Position numbers and translations under genes: made by a program. A stretch of 64,000 nucleotides of DNA from Escherichia coli (GTDB lineage: Bacteria; Pseudomonadota; Gammaproteobacteria; Enterobacterales; Enterobacteriaceae): NCBI RefSeq assembly GCF_009931435.1, contig NZ_CP043414.1. The stretch is one strand, 5' to 3'. This document shows, in pieces, positions 1-13,641 of this stretch. Positions within the stretch are counted from its first letter, which is position 1. The number at the start of each line of letters is the position of its first letter. The notes under the pieces are model-generated. The model was not told the DNA's origin, did no database searches, and worked only from the letters and a program-made list of their open reading frames with translations.

Positions 1-1
1 C

Positions 2-457
2 GAGCTGAAAAAACTGATGCCAAACGTCGCGGCGTTTAACTCCGATAACCCAGCTAACCCGTATATGGAAGGCGAAGTTAACCTCGGCATGATCTGGAAC
101 GGTTCTGCTTTCGTTGCACGCCAGGCGGGTACGCCAATTGACGTGGTGTGGCCGAAAGAAGGCGGCATTTTCTGGATGGACAGTCTGGCAATTCCGGCAA
201 ATGCCAAAAACAAAGAAGGCGCGCTGAAATTGATTAACTTCCTGCTGCGCCCGGATGTGGCAAAACAGGTTGCTGAAACTATCGGTTATCCAACGCCAAA
301 CCTCGCCGCGCGTAAGCTGTTAAGCCCGGAAATAGCGAACGATAAAACGCTCTACCCGGATGCTGAAACCATTAAAAATGGCGAATGGCAGAATGACGTT
401 GGCGCAGCCAGCAGCATTTATGAAGAGTATTATCAGAAGCTGAAAGCAGGACGTTAA
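2..457 (+). CDS. potD: Spermidine/putrescine ABC transporter periplasmic binding protein, C-terminal part (5' end outside window)
   Basis: Frame is open from the window edge; translation ends ...IYEEYYQKLKAGR, matching the PotD C-terminus as recalled; followed by an intrinsic terminator. Confidence 0.9.
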   Translation, partial: ELKKLMPNVAAFNSDNPANPYMEGEVNLGMIWNGSAFVARQAGTPIDVVWPKEGGIFWMDSLAIPANAKNKEGALKLINFLLRPDVAKQVAETIGYPTPNLAARKLLSPEIANDKTLYPDAETIKNGEWQNDVGAASSIYEEYYQKLKAGR

Positions 458-465
458 TTCAGCAA

Positions 466-498
466 GCGGGCGGTGGTATTACCGCCCGTTTTTTATTT
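466..498 (+). terminator. Rho-independent terminator downstream of potD
   Basis: GC-rich inverted repeat cgggcggt / accgcccg followed directly by a T-run (ttttttattt). Confidence 0.7.
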
Positions 499-560
499 AG
501 CAAGGATGTGGCTAATGTTGCTGTTATGGACGAGTAAACGCTAAAAGAGGCAGTAAATAT

Positions 561-656
561 GCCAGATGCGGCGTCAACGCCTTCTCTGGTCTACGACACC
601 CGGAAATTCAATTCATTGCGCCCCATCGCAGGCCTGATAAGCGTAGCGCATCAGGC
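561..656. repeat. REP/BIME element (two palindromic units) between potD and cobB
   Basis: gccagatgcggcgtcaacgcc...ctac and gcctgataagcgtagcgcatcaggc match the E. coli REP palindromic-unit consensus. Confidence 0.7.
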
Positions 657-669
657 CATTACTCCTGAT

Positions 670-1491
670 TTATAATCCTTTCAGCAATTTCTCAACAAAC
701 TCTGGTACCACCTGGCTTGCCGGGCCGTAATATTTCTCGGCAAATTCATTACCGACCTGACTCGGTTCAAGATTGAGTTCGACAGTGTGCGCACCATGCA
801 GTTTCGCTTCGTGAACAAACCCAGCCGCCGGATAAACATGCCCTGATGTACCAATGGCAATGAAAATATCGGCCATCGACAACGCCATATAAATTTCATC
901 CATGCCGAGTGGCATTTCGCCAAACCAAACGACGTGCGGGCGCAAGGGTGCCGGGAACTGGCAACAATGGCATTTATCGTCTGACGTAACGTCTCCGGTC
1001 CAGTCGAGAATCTGACCACTTTGCGAACAACGTACTTTCAGCAATTCCCCATGCATATGAATCACATTGGTATTACCTGCGCGTTCGTGCAGATTGTCGA
1101 TATTCTGCGTCACCAGCAAAAAGCGATCGCCGAGAGCATCTTGCAGTTTAGCCAGCGCAAGATGCGCGGCGTTAGGCTGAATTTCTGGCTGCTGCAGCTG
1201 TCGACGGCGGGCGTTATAAAACGCTTGTACCAGTTCAGGATCGCGATCGAAACCTTCCGGCGTTGCCACATCTTCAACCCGATGTTCTTCCCACAGGCCA
1301 TCTGCGGCGCGAAAGGTACGAATACCTGATTCCGCAGAAATACCTGCCCCAGTCAGTACGAGTACTCTTGGTTTTTCCATTGCTTCCGGCACCACTTTAT
1401 CTCTGAAAAAAATACGCTGACGCAAACGCTCGCGCAGGCGGCGTTTATTTTTACGAAAACGACTTAACCGATGACCCCGACGCGACAGCAT
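670..1491 (-). CDS. cobB: NAD-dependent protein deacylase (sirtuin) CobB
   Basis: 273-aa [21 protein letters not shown]...[19 protein letters not shown] with sirtuin motifs; about 6 aa shorter at the C-terminus than the K-12 protein I recall. Confidence 0.9.
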   Translation of the reverse strand: MLSRRGHRLSRFRKNKRRLRERLRQRIFFRDKVVPEAMEKPRVLVLTGAGISAESGIRTFRAADGLWEEHRVEDVATPEGFDRDPELVQAFYNARRRQLQQPEIQPNAAHLALAKLQDALGDRFLLVTQNIDNLHERAGNTNVIHMHGELLKVRCSQSGQILDWTGDVTSDDKCHCCQFPAPLRPHVVWFGEMPLGMDEIYMALSMADIFIAIGTSGHVYPAAGFVHEAKLHGAHTVELNLEPSQVGNEFAEKYYGPASQVVPEFVEKLLKGL

Positions 1492-1506
1492 AGCAACCTC
1501 TGTTGT

Positions 1507-2418
1507 TTACTCGGTTAGATGTAGGAAAGCCGCACCACGCATTCCTCCCGCATCACCGTGGCGCGCGCGTTCAATGCGCGGAACACGAGCTACAGGTAAG
1601 AGATGACGAGGCAGCCTGTCCGCCAGTTGCGTTGTGATTGCCGGGAAATTCGATAAGCCACCACCAATGACGACCAGGTCAGGGTCAACAATGGTCAGGA
1701 TATTTCCCAGACAAACCGCTAATAAATCCAGATAACGCTCAACGTGCGCCCTTGCCTGCTCATCGCCTTGATCATAAAGCGCAATAATTTCGGGAGCCTG
1801 CAACGGTTGATGATAATAGTGTTGATACAGCCACGCAAAACCGCGACCAGACAGATAATTTTCAATGCAGCCATGCTGACCACAGCCGCAGCGGCGTAAC
1901 GGGAAATCCAGCCCCATCATGGTTAACGCATCAACCGGCAGACGCATATGGCCAAACTCGCCGGTAATATAGCTTTTACCGGTAATTGGTTTACCGTTGA
2001 AAATCAGCCCGCCGCCAACGCCGGTGCCGAGAATCAACCCCATCACCAGTGGATATTGAGTAAATTCATCATCCCAGGCTTCTGAAAGGGCAAAACAGTT
2101 GGCATCGTTATCAAGGCGGACATCGCGATCAAGACGTGCGCTCAGATCTGCACGCAGCGATTTACCGCTGGCAGCGGGGACATTGGCGGCATACAGCGTA
2201 CCATCTTCTGTTTCCGGCATTCCCGGAATACCGATGCCGACAGAACCTTTACAGCCAAAACGTTGGTCAGCTTCGGCTACCAGCTCGCACACTGCATCTA
2301 AAAATGCGTCATAGCTGTCACGCGGTGTCGGCACCCGCTTTTCCCACTGCAACTGCCGACCGCTATCAAACACGCCAAGCGCAATTTTTGTTCCACCAAT
2401 ATCAAACCCGTAATACAT
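1507..2418 (-). CDS. nagK: N-acetyl-D-glucosamine kinase
   Basis: ROK-family kinase; start placed at the internal ATG ([17 protein letters not shown]) giving 303 aa; the track ORF extends 20 codons upstream. Confidence 0.9.
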   Translation of the reverse strand: MYYGFDIGGTKIALGVFDSGRQLQWEKRVPTPRDSYDAFLDAVCELVAEADQRFGCKGSVGIGIPGMPETEDGTLYAANVPAASGKSLRADLSARLDRDVRLDNDANCFALSEAWDDEFTQYPLVMGLILGTGVGGGLIFNGKPITGKSYITGEFGHMRLPVDALTMMGLDFPLRRCGCGQHGCIENYLSGRGFAWLYQHYYHQPLQAPEIIALYDQGDEQARAHVERYLDLLAVCLGNILTIVDPDLVVIGGGLSNFPAITTQLADRLPRHLLPVARVPRIERARHGDAGGMRGAAFLHLTE

Positions 2419-2446
2419 TGCCGCTCCTTGTTTTAATGTACTGCCT

Positions 2447-5704
<3,258 letters not shown>

Positions 5705-5846
5705 CTAAATTGCCATGTTTTATCATCAATCTTGCCGCCTGATCTTAATCTGAAAAATCATCCAATACAGACAGATACCCATTACACCTCGGGTCATAAC
5801 CCGCAGGATCAACCGCATGTAAATTAAAAAAGAGCGTGTTGTCCTG

Positions 5847-6920
5847 ATGAAACAAAAAGAGCTATGGATTAACCAGATCAAAGGGTTATGTATTTGTCTT
5901 GTAGTGATTTATCACTCGGTCATTACCTTTTATCCGCATCTGACCACTTTTCAGCATCCGTTATCGGAAGTCCTGAGCAAATGCTGGATCTATTTCAATC
6001 TTTACCTTGCCCCCTTTCGTATGCCGGTTTTTTTCTTTATTTCTGGCTATTTGATTCGCCGCTATATCGATAGCGTGCCATGGGGAAATTGTCTCGATAA
6101 ACGCATCTGGAGCATCTTCTGGGTGCTGGCACTTTGGGGCGTAGTGCAGTGGCTGGCGATAAGTGCACTAAATCAGTGGCTGGCACCTGAGCGCAATTTA
6201 AGTAATGCCTCCAATGCCGCTTATGCCGATTCTACCGATGAGTTCCTGCACGGAATGATCACCGCCAGCACCAGCTTGTGGTATCTGTATGCTTTAATTG
6301 TCTATTTCGTGATATGTAAAATTTTTAACCGCCTGGCCCTGCCGTTATTTGTTCTGTTTGTACTGATGAGTGTGGCGGTTAATTTCGTACCCACACCGTG
6401 GTGGGGAATGAACAGTGTGATCCGCAATTTGCCTTATTACAGCCTTGGCGCATGGTTTGGCGCAACATTAATGACCTGTGTTAAAGAGGTGCCGTTGCGC
6501 CGCCATCTGCTGATGGCTTCTTTGCTGGCTGTTCTGGCGGTCGGTGCCTGGTTGTTTACTATCTCGCTGCTGTTGTCGCTGGTATCGATTGTGGTGATCA
6601 TGAAACTGTTTTATCAGTACGAGCAACGTTTCGGTATGCGCCCCACCAGCCTGCTGAATGTGATTGGCTCCAACACCATTGCTATCTACACCACCCATCG
6701 CATACTGGTAGAAATATTCAGCTTAAGCCTGATTCCGCAAATGAACGCGGCACGCTGGTCGCCGCAAGTCGAACTGACGCTCCTGCTGGTTTACCCCTTT
6801 GTCAGTTTGTTGATTTGTACTGTTGCGGGCTTGCTGGTAAGAAAACTTTCACAGCGCGCATTCAGCGATCTGTTGTTCTCCCCGCCTTCTCTGCCCGCTG
6901 CCGTCAGTTACTCCCGCTAA
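5847..6920 (+). CDS. ycfT: Inner-membrane acyltransferase-3 family protein YcfT
   Basis: 357-aa very hydrophobic multi-TM ORF at the position expected between lolC and mfd. Confidence 0.85.
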   Translation: MKQKELWINQIKGLCICLVVIYHSVITFYPHLTTFQHPLSEVLSKCWIYFNLYLAPFRMPVFFFISGYLIRRYIDSVPWGNCLDKRIWSIFWVLALWGVVQWLAISALNQWLAPERNLSNASNAAYADSTDEFLHGMITASTSLWYLYALIVYFVICKIFNRLALPLFVLFVLMSVAVNFVPTPWWGMNSVIRNLPYYSLGAWFGATLMTCVKEVPLRRHLLMASLLAVLAVGAWLFTISLLLSLVSIVVIMKLFYQYEQRFGMRPTSLLNVIGSNTIAIYTTHRILVEIFSLSLIPQMNAARWSPQVELTLLLVYPFVSLLICTVAGLLVRKLSQRAFSDLLFSPPSLPAAVSYSR

Positions 6921-7047
6921 GCCATCGCCCCAGCCGGGGCGATTCAATTTGCTAAACCATGTCGATTACGGATAATGAACAGCATTGCTTATCAGAGATA
7001 TGCCCCCATATGTTGAGGCATATCCTAACGAGAATCTGACAACCGTT

Positions 7048-10000
7048 ATGCCTGAACAATATCGTTATACGCTGCCCGTCAAAGCGGGTGAGCAGCGTCT
7101 GCTGGGCGAGTTAACTGGCGCTGCCTGCGCGACGCTGGTAGCGGAAATTGCCGAACGTCACGCCGGTCCGGTGGTACTTATTGCACCAGATATGCAAAAT
7201 GCCCTGCGTTTGCATGATGAAATCAGCCAGTTTACCGATCAGATGGTGATGAATCTGGCGGACTGGGAAACCCTTCCCTACGACAGTTTTTCGCCTCATC
7301 AGGACATTATCTCCTCACGCCTTTCCACTCTTTACCAGCTACCAACGATGCAGCGTGGCGTACTGATTGTTCCGGTGAATACGCTTATGCAGCGCGTTTG
7401 CCCGCACAGTTTCCTCCACGGCCACGCGCTGATGATGAAAAAAGGTCAGCGGTTATCTCGTGATGCCTTACGTACGCAACTGGACAGTGCCGGTTATCGC
7501 CATGTTGACCAGGTTATGGAGCACGGCGAATACGCCACGCGCGGCGCGTTGCTGGATCTTTTCCCGATGGGCAGCGACTTGCCTTATCGTCTTGATTTTT
7601 TTGATGATGAAATCGATAGCCTGCGCGTATTTGACGTTGACAGCCAGCGTACGCTGGAGGAAGTAGAAGCCATCAATCTGCTGCCCGCGCACGAATTTCC
7701 GACAGATAAAGCGGCAATTGAACTGTTCCGCAGCCAGTGGCGCGATACCTTCGAAGTGAAGCGCGACCCGGAACATATTTATCAGCAAGTGAGTAAAGGC
7801 ACATTACCTGCCGGGATCGAGTACTGGCAGCCGCTATTCTTCAGCGAACCGCTGCCGCCACTGTTCAGTTATTTCCCTGCCAATACGCTGTTGGTGAATA
7901 CTGGCGATCTGGAAAACAGTGCCGAACGTTTCCAGGCTGACACGCTGGCGCGTTTTGAAAATCGCGGCGTCGATCCGATGCGTCCACTGTTGCCACCACA
8001 ATCGCTCTGGCTGCGGGTAGACGAGCTCTTTTCAGAGCTAAAAAACTGGCCGCGTGTGCAGCTAAAAACTGAACATTTACCGACAAAAGCAGCGAATGCC
8101 AATTTAGGTTTCCAGAAGCTGCCAGACCTGGCCGTTCAGGCACAACAAAAAGCGCCGCTGGATGCGCTGCGTAAGTTCCTCGAGTCTTTCGACGGTCCGG
8201 TGGTGTTCTCGGTAGAAAGTGAAGGTCGCCGTGAAGCGCTGGGTGAACTGCTCGCGCGAATTAAAATTGCTCCTCAACGCATTATGCGTCTTGATGAAGC
8301 CAACGACCGTGGGCGTTATCTGATGATTGGCGCTGCCGAACATGGTTTTGTCGATACGGTACGTAATCTGGCGCTGATTTGCGAAAGCGATCTGCTCGGT
8401 GAACGCGTTGCCCGTCGTCGTCAGGATTCTCGCCGCGCCATCAACCCCGATACACTGATCCGTAACCTTGCGGAGCTGCATATTGGTCAGCCGGTGGTCC
8501 ATCTGGAGCACGGCGTCGGGCGCTATGCAGGAATGACCACGCTGGAAGCGGGCGGCATTACTGGCGAGTACCTGATGCTCACCTATGCCAACGACGCCAA
8601 ACTGTATGTTCCGGTGTCATCACTGCATCTGATTAGCCGTTACGCCGGTGGCGCGGAAGAAAACGCCCCGCTGCATAAACTTGGCGGTGATGCGTGGTCG
8701 CGGGCGCGGCAGAAAGCGGCGGAAAAAGTGCGTGATGTGGCGGCGGAATTGCTGGATATCTACGCGCAACGCGCCGCCAAAGAGGGCTTCGCGTTTAAAC
8801 ACGATCGTGAACAATATCAATTGTTCTGCGACAGCTTCCCGTTTGAAACCACGCCGGATCAGGCGCAAGCCATTAATGCAGTGCTTAGCGATATGTGTCA
8901 GCCGCTGGCGATGGATCGTCTGGTGTGCGGTGATGTTGGCTTTGGTAAAACTGAAGTCGCGATGCGCGCCGCGTTCCTGGCGGTAGATAACCACAAGCAG
9001 GTGGCGGTGCTGGTGCCTACCACCCTTCTCGCGCAGCAGCATTACGACAACTTCCGCGACCGTTTCGCCAACTGGCCGGTACGCATCGAAATGATCTCCC
9101 GTTTCCGCAGCGCCAAAGAGCAGACGCAAATCCTTGCGGAAGTGGCGGAAGGGAAAATCGATATTCTGATCGGTACGCACAAACTGCTGCAAAATGACGT
9201 CAAGTTTAAAGATTTAGGTCTGCTGATTGTCGATGAAGAACACCGCTTCGGGGTGCGTCATAAAGAGCGCATCAAAGCGATGCGGGCGAACGTGGATATT
9301 CTGACACTTACCGCAACGCCGATCCCACGTACGCTGAATATGGCAATGAGCGGAATGCGCGATCTGTCGATTATCGCTACGCCGCCTGCCCGTCGTCTGG
9401 CAGTTAAAACCTTTGTCCGTGAGTATGACAGTCTGGTGGTCCGGGAGGCGATCCTGCGTGAAATTTTGCGCGGGGGACAGGTTTATTATCTCTACAATGA
9501 TGTGGAAAACATCCAGAAAGCTGCCGAACGACTGGCGGAGCTGGTGCCAGAGGCGCGGATCGCCATCGGTCACGGGCAGATGCGCGAGCGCGAACTGGAA
9601 CGGGTGATGAATGATTTCCATCATCAACGTTTCAACGTGCTGGTTTGTACCACCATTATCGAAACCGGGATCGATATCCCGACTGCCAACACCATTATCA
9701 TCGAGCGGGCGGATCACTTCGGTCTGGCGCAGCTGCATCAGTTGCGCGGTCGCGTCGGACGTTCGCATCATCAGGCATATGCATGGCTGCTGACGCCGCA
9801 TCCAAAAGCGATGACTACCGATGCGCAAAAACGTCTTGAAGCGATTGCCTCGCTGGAAGATCTCGGTGCAGGTTTTGCGCTGGCAACGCACGATCTGGAG
9901 ATTCGCGGCGCGGGTGAACTGCTTGGCGAAGAACAAAGCGGCTCAATGGAAACTATCGGTTTCTCGCTGTATATGGAGTTGCTGGAAAACGCCGTCGATG

Positions 10001-10494
10001 CGCTGAAAGCCGGACGCGAGCCGTCGCTGGAAGATCTCACTAGCCAGCAAACGGAAGTCGAGCTGCGGATGCCGTCGCTATTACCAGATGATTTCATTCC
10101 TGACGTGAATACGCGTTTGTCGTTCTATAAACGTATTGCCAGCGCCAAAACGGAAAACGAACTGGAAGAGATCAAAGTCGAGCTTATCGATCGCTTCGGC
10201 CTGCTGCCGGATCCGGCGCGTACCCTGCTGGATATTGCCCGTCTGCGTCAGCAAGCGCAGAAACTGGGGATCAGGAAGCTGGAAGGTAATGAGAAAGGTG
10301 GGGTGATCGAATTTGCCGAGAAGAATCACGTTAATCCGGCCTGGTTGATTGGTTTGCTGCAAAAACAGCCACAGCATTACCGCCTTGATGGTCCGACGCG
10401 CCTGAAGTTTATTCAGGATTTGAGCGAGCGGAAAACGCGTATCGAATGGATTCGCCAGTTTATGCGTGAACTGGAAGAGAACGCGATCGCTTAA
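7048..10494 (+). CDS. mfd: Transcription-repair coupling factor Mfd
   Basis: Start at internal ATG (MPEQYRYTLPVKAGEQ) gives 1148 aa; superfamily-2 helicase motifs GDVGFGKTEVA and DEEHRFGV. Confidence 0.93.
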   Translation: MPEQYRYTLPVKAGEQRLLGELTGAACATLVAEIAERHAGPVVLIAPDMQNALRLHDEISQFTDQMVMNLADWETLPYDSFSPHQDIISSRLSTLYQLPTMQRGVLIVPVNTLMQRVCPHSFLHGHALMMKKGQRLSRDALRTQLDSAGYRHVDQVMEHGEYATRGALLDLFPMGSDLPYRLDFFDDEIDSLRVFDVDSQRTLEEVEAINLLPAHEFPTDKAAIELFRSQWRDTFEVKRDPEHIYQQVSKGTLPAGIEYWQPLFFSEPLPPLFSYFPANTLLVNTGDLENSAERFQADTLARFENRGVDPMRPLLPPQSLWLRVDELFSELKNWPRVQLKTEHLPTKAANANLGFQKLPDLAVQAQQKAPLDALRKFLESFDGPVVFSVESEGRREALGELLARIKIAPQRIMRLDEANDRGRYLMIGAAEHGFVDTVRNLALICESDLLGERVARRRQDSRRAINPDTLIRNLAELHIGQPVVHLEHGVGRYAGMTTLEAGGITGEYLMLTYANDAKLYVPVSSLHLISRYAGGAEENAPLHKLGGDAWSRARQKAAEKVRDVAAELLDIYAQRAAKEGFAFKHDREQYQLFCDSFPFETTPDQAQAINAVLSDMCQPLAMDRLVCGDVGFGKTEVAMRAAFLAVDNHKQVAVLVPTTLLAQQHYDNFRDRFANWPVRIEMISRFRSAKEQTQILAEVAEGKIDILIGTHKLLQNDVKFKDLGLLIVDEEHRFGVRHKERIKAMRANVDILTLTATPIPRTLNMAMSGMRDLSIIATPPARRLAVKTFVREYDSLVVREAILREILRGGQVYYLYNDVENIQKAAERLAELVPEARIAIGHGQMRERELERVMNDFHHQRFNVLVCTTIIETGIDIPTANTIIIERADHFGLAQLHQLRGRVGRSHHQAYAWLLTPHPKAMTTDAQKRLEAIASLEDLGAGFALATHDLEIRGAGELLGEEQSGSMETIGFSLYMELLENAVDALKAGREPSLEDLTSQQTEVELRMPSLLPDDFIPDVNTRLSFYKRIASAKTENELEEIKVELIDRFGLLPDPARTLLDIARLRQQAQKLGIRKLEGNEKGGVIEFAEKNHVNPAWLIGLLQKQPQHYRLDGPTRLKFIQDLSERKTRIEWIRQFMRELEENAIA

Positions 10495-10637
10495 TGGTAA
10501 ATCGGGGGCGTTTCTGCGCCCCCATATCCAACATTTACAAATTATTTGCACTTCCCTGCACTATCCGACACTGTCACCATCCATAATTCAGGCTTATCTG
10601 TTTATTACAATAACCTTATATTTATTATGGATTTTTG

Positions 10638-11600
10638 GTGATGATCAAAACGCGTTTTTCTCGCTGGCTAACGTTTTTTACGTTCGCCGCTGCCGTGGCG
10701 CTGGCGCTACCGGTAAAAGCCAACACCTGGCCGCTGCCGCCAGCAGGCAGTCGTCTGGTTGGCGAAAACAAATTTCATGTGGTGGAAAATGACGGTGGTT
10801 CTCTGGAAGCCATCGCCAAAAAATATAATGTCGGCTTTCTCGCTCTGTTACAGGCCAACCCCGGCGTTGATCCTTACGTGCCGCGCGCGGGTAGCGTGTT
10901 AACGATCCCGTTGCAAACCCTACTTCCAGATGCGCCGCGCGAAGGCATTGTGATCAATATTGCGGAACTGCGTCTCTATTACTACCCGCCGGGTAAAAAT
11001 TCGGTAACCGTGTATCCCATCGGCATTGGTCAGTTGGGTGGTGACACGCTGACACCGACAATGGTGACCACCGTTTCTGACAAGCGTGCAAACCCAACCT
11101 GGACGCCAACGGCAAACATTCGCGCGCGGTATAAGGCACAGGGAATTGAGTTGCCTGCGGTAGTTCCGGCTGGACCGGATAACCCAATGGGCCATCATGC
11201 GATTCGTCTGGCGGCCTATGGCGGTGTTTATTTGCTTCACGGTACGAACGCCGATTTCGGCATTGGCATGCGGGTAAGTTCTGGCTGTATTCGTCTGCGG
11301 GATGACGATATCAAAACACTCTTTAGCCAGGTCACCCCAGGTACCAAAGTGAATATCATCAACACCCCGATTAAAGTCTCTGCCGAACCAGACGGTGCGC
11401 GTCTGGTTGAAGTACATCAACCGCTGTCAGAGAAGATTGATGACGATCCGCAGCTGCTGCCAATTACACTGAATAGCGCAATGCAATCATTTAAAGATGC
11501 AGCGCAAACTGACGCTGAAGTGATGCAGCATGTGATGGATGTCCGTTCCGGGATGCCGGTGGATGTCCGCCGTCATCAAGTGAGCCCACAAACTTTGTAA
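10638..11600 (+). CDS. ldtC: L,D-transpeptidase LdtC (YcfS)
   Basis: Signal peptide, LysM-like N-terminal region and YkuD catalytic motif HGTN...SSGCIRL; start at GTG 10638 (320 aa) or ATG 10641. Confidence 0.88.
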   Translation: MMIKTRFSRWLTFFTFAAAVALALPVKANTWPLPPAGSRLVGENKFHVVENDGGSLEAIAKKYNVGFLALLQANPGVDPYVPRAGSVLTIPLQTLLPDAPREGIVINIAELRLYYYPPGKNSVTVYPIGIGQLGGDTLTPTMVTTVSDKRANPTWTPTANIRARYKAQGIELPAVVPAGPDNPMGHHAIRLAAYGGVYLLHGTNADFGIGMRVSSGCIRLRDDDIKTLFSQVTPGTKVNIINTPIKVSAEPDGARLVEVHQPLSEKIDDDPQLLPITLNSAMQSFKDAAQTDAEVMQHVMDVRSGMPVDVRRHQVSPQTL

Positions 11601-11611
11601 ATCCTGGATAA

Positions 11612-11650
11612 AAAAATCCCCGCGACACGGCATGTCGCGGGGAAAAAAAT
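11612..11650 (-). terminator. Intrinsic terminator for bhsA in the convergent ldtC/bhsA gap
   Basis: Hairpin ccccgcgacacggcatgtcgcgggg flanked by A7 on both sides of the + strand, giving a U-run after the hairpin on the minus transcript. Confidence 0.6.
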
Positions 11651-11682
11651 CAGCAGTAGCAGGCATTAATGAGGGTTAATGC

Positions 11683-11940
11683 TTATTTATAAATTACTGC
11701 TGTTCCATGGAGGGTATTCGGACCGGTTACAGAAGTAATACGGAAAGATTTTGCGCCCATCTCATCCGCTTTTTGCGCCAGCTGCTCTTCCAGCGATCCC
11801 AGATTTGTCCCCGCGTTAGCACTGATAGTACCGACTTTTTGTTGGCCTTCTGGCGTTGACTGAACTTCGACAGCCGCAAAGCTGGCAAATGACATTGAGC
11901 TTAAAATCGCCGCAGCGATGAGGGTTTTTACGTTTTTCAT
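11683..11940 (-). CDS. bhsA: Multiple stress resistance / biofilm protein BhsA (YcfR)
   Basis: 85-aa secreted YhcN/BhsA-family ORF MKNVKTLIAAAILSSMSFASFA... Confidence 0.88.
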   Translation of the reverse strand: MKNVKTLIAAAILSSMSFASFAAVEVQSTPEGQQKVGTISANAGTNLGSLEEQLAQKADEMGAKSFRITSVTGPNTLHGTAVIYK

Positions 11941-12180
11941 AATAGTGGCCTTATGCAGATGAATGACGTCGCAAGCAATTACTTAACGATCGATAACTAA
12001 ATGATAGATGTGATCTGGATCACATACAAGATATTTTTTATAACAATCATTAATTAATTTAAAAATCTTTAAATTTCAGTTAAATAGAAAGCAATTATTT
12101 TTATGGTTTGTGGACTGGTGAACGGAGGTGATTATTTTTATAATAACCTTTCATTCACAGTCACCAGGTACAACGGCATC
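11941..12180. promoter_or_regulatory. Divergent bhsA/comR promoter region (expected ComR operator)
   Basis: 240-bp AT-rich intergenic region between divergent bhsA and comR; the operator itself is not pinpointed. Confidence 0.4.
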
Positions 12181-12813
12181 ATGGCAACTGACTCAACACA
12201 ATGTGTAAAAAAAAGCCGTGGCCGCCCAAAAGTGTTCGACAGGGATGCCGCGCTTGATAAGGCCATGAAATTGTTCTGGCAGCACGGTTATGAAGCGACT
12301 TCTCTTGCGGACCTCGTCGAAGCGACCGGAGCCAAAGCGCCCACGCTATACGCGGAATTTACCAACAAAGAGGGGTTATTCCGCGCCGTACTCGACCGCT
12401 ATATCGATCGTTTTGCCGCTAAGCATGAAGCACAGCTGTTTTGTGAAGAGAAAAGCGTGGAGTCTGCGCTGGCTGACTATTTTGCTGCCATCGCCAACTG
12501 CTTTACCAGCAAAGACACCCCGGCTGGCTGCTTTATGATCAACAACTGCACCACCCTCTCCCCGGATTCCGGAGATATCGCCAATACGCTGAAATCACGC
12601 CATGCGATGCAAGAGCGCACTTTGCAGCAGTTTTTATGTCAACGACAAGCGCGCGGGGAAATCCCGACCCACTGTGATGTGACGCATCTGGCTGAATTCC
12701 TTAATTGTATTATTCAGGGGATGTCGATCAGCGCACGCGAAGGTGCATCGCTGGAAAAACTGATGCAGATTGCCCGAACGACTTTGCGTTTATGGCCCGA
12801 ACTGGTGAAATAA
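12181..12813 (+). CDS. comR: TetR-family copper-responsive repressor ComR (YcfQ)
   Basis: N-terminal TetR helix-turn-helix; start at internal ATG (MATDSTQCVKKSRGRPK) gives 210 aa. Confidence 0.85.
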   Translation: MATDSTQCVKKSRGRPKVFDRDAALDKAMKLFWQHGYEATSLADLVEATGAKAPTLYAEFTNKEGLFRAVLDRYIDRFAAKHEAQLFCEEKSVESALADYFAAIANCFTSKDTPAGCFMINNCTTLSPDSGDIANTLKSRHAMQERTLQQFLCQRQARGEIPTHCDVTHLAEFLNCIIQGMSISAREGASLEKLMQIARTTLRLWPELVK

Positions 12814-12819
12814 GGCGCA

Positions 12820-12853
12820 AAAAAAAGCCCCTCAGCCTGAGCGAATGGGGGGC
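12820..12853 (-). terminator. Candidate terminator in the comR/ycfJ convergent gap
   Basis: A8 run followed by hairpin agcccc...gggggct; on the minus strand the hairpin is followed by U8. Confidence 0.45.
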
Positions 12854-12875
12854 TAAATTGCAGAATACAGCCTTG

Positions 12876-13415
12876 TTATACTTTGTTATTCAAAATCAGT
12901 TGCCCGTTGCCATCTAACGGGATCTGCGTACCCGGATCGCGGTCCATGCGGATTTTGCCCTGCTGATCGCCAATCTTATAGGTCACATCATAACCGAGCA
13001 TTTTTTCTGACTTGTCATACACCGTTTTACAACGCTGTTGCGTAGTCGTGTAAGTATCGCTTTCCTGGAGAGAGCCCTGGATCTGGTTACCGGCATAGCC
13101 ACCTCCCAGCGCCCCCACAACAGTGGCGACATCTTTACCGCGACCACCGCCAAACTGATGCCCTATCACGCCGCCAGCAACAGCGCCGAGCACCGACCCG
13201 GTAATGCGATTTTCATCCTGCACCGGTCGACGATGGGTCACTGTGACGTTGCGACACTCCTGACGCGGTGTTTTAACCGTTTCCTTGATTGGGGTTGCAG
13301 AAACAACCTGAGCGTATTGCGGGCCACGTTCAAACACGTTCAGACTGGCCACTGCCGCTACGCCCAACGCAGCTGCGACACCAATCCCCATACCCGCCAA
13401 CATTGATTTATTCAC
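12876..13415 (-). CDS. ycfJ: Glycine-zipper (17-kDa surface-antigen-like) membrane protein YcfJ
   Basis: Gly-rich segments GAVAGGVIGHQFGGGRG and VVGALGGGYAG; start placed at GTG 13415 with a strong SD (aaggagg, 7-nt spacing), giving 179 aa; ATG 13403 is the alternative. Confidence 0.8.
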   Translation of the reverse strand: MNKSMLAGMGIGVAAALGVAAVASLNVFERGPQYAQVVSATPIKETVKTPRQECRNVTVTHRRPVQDENRITGSVLGAVAGGVIGHQFGGGRGKDVATVVGALGGGYAGNQIQGSLQESDTYTTTQQRCKTVYDKSEKMLGYDVTYKIGDQQGKIRMDRDPGTQIPLDGNGQLILNNKV

Positions 13416-13540
13416 GGGAACACCTCCTTCTTTGCTGTTATGCCAATCATGCAAGTGAAGGAGAAAAGCAGCTATCAGACAGAAGATGAAAAGCGCGGGA
13501 ATGGCTGGAAATACTTAGGGATTCGGAGGAGTCTGAAGGA

Positions 13541-13631
<91 letters not shown>

Positions 13632-13641
13632 TACAAGCCGA

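Noticed and set aside
8620-9936. 190-aa and 240-aa minus-strand ORFs
   Set aside because: Fully contained antisense within mfd, which has clear helicase motifs on the + strand; no promoter or SD context.
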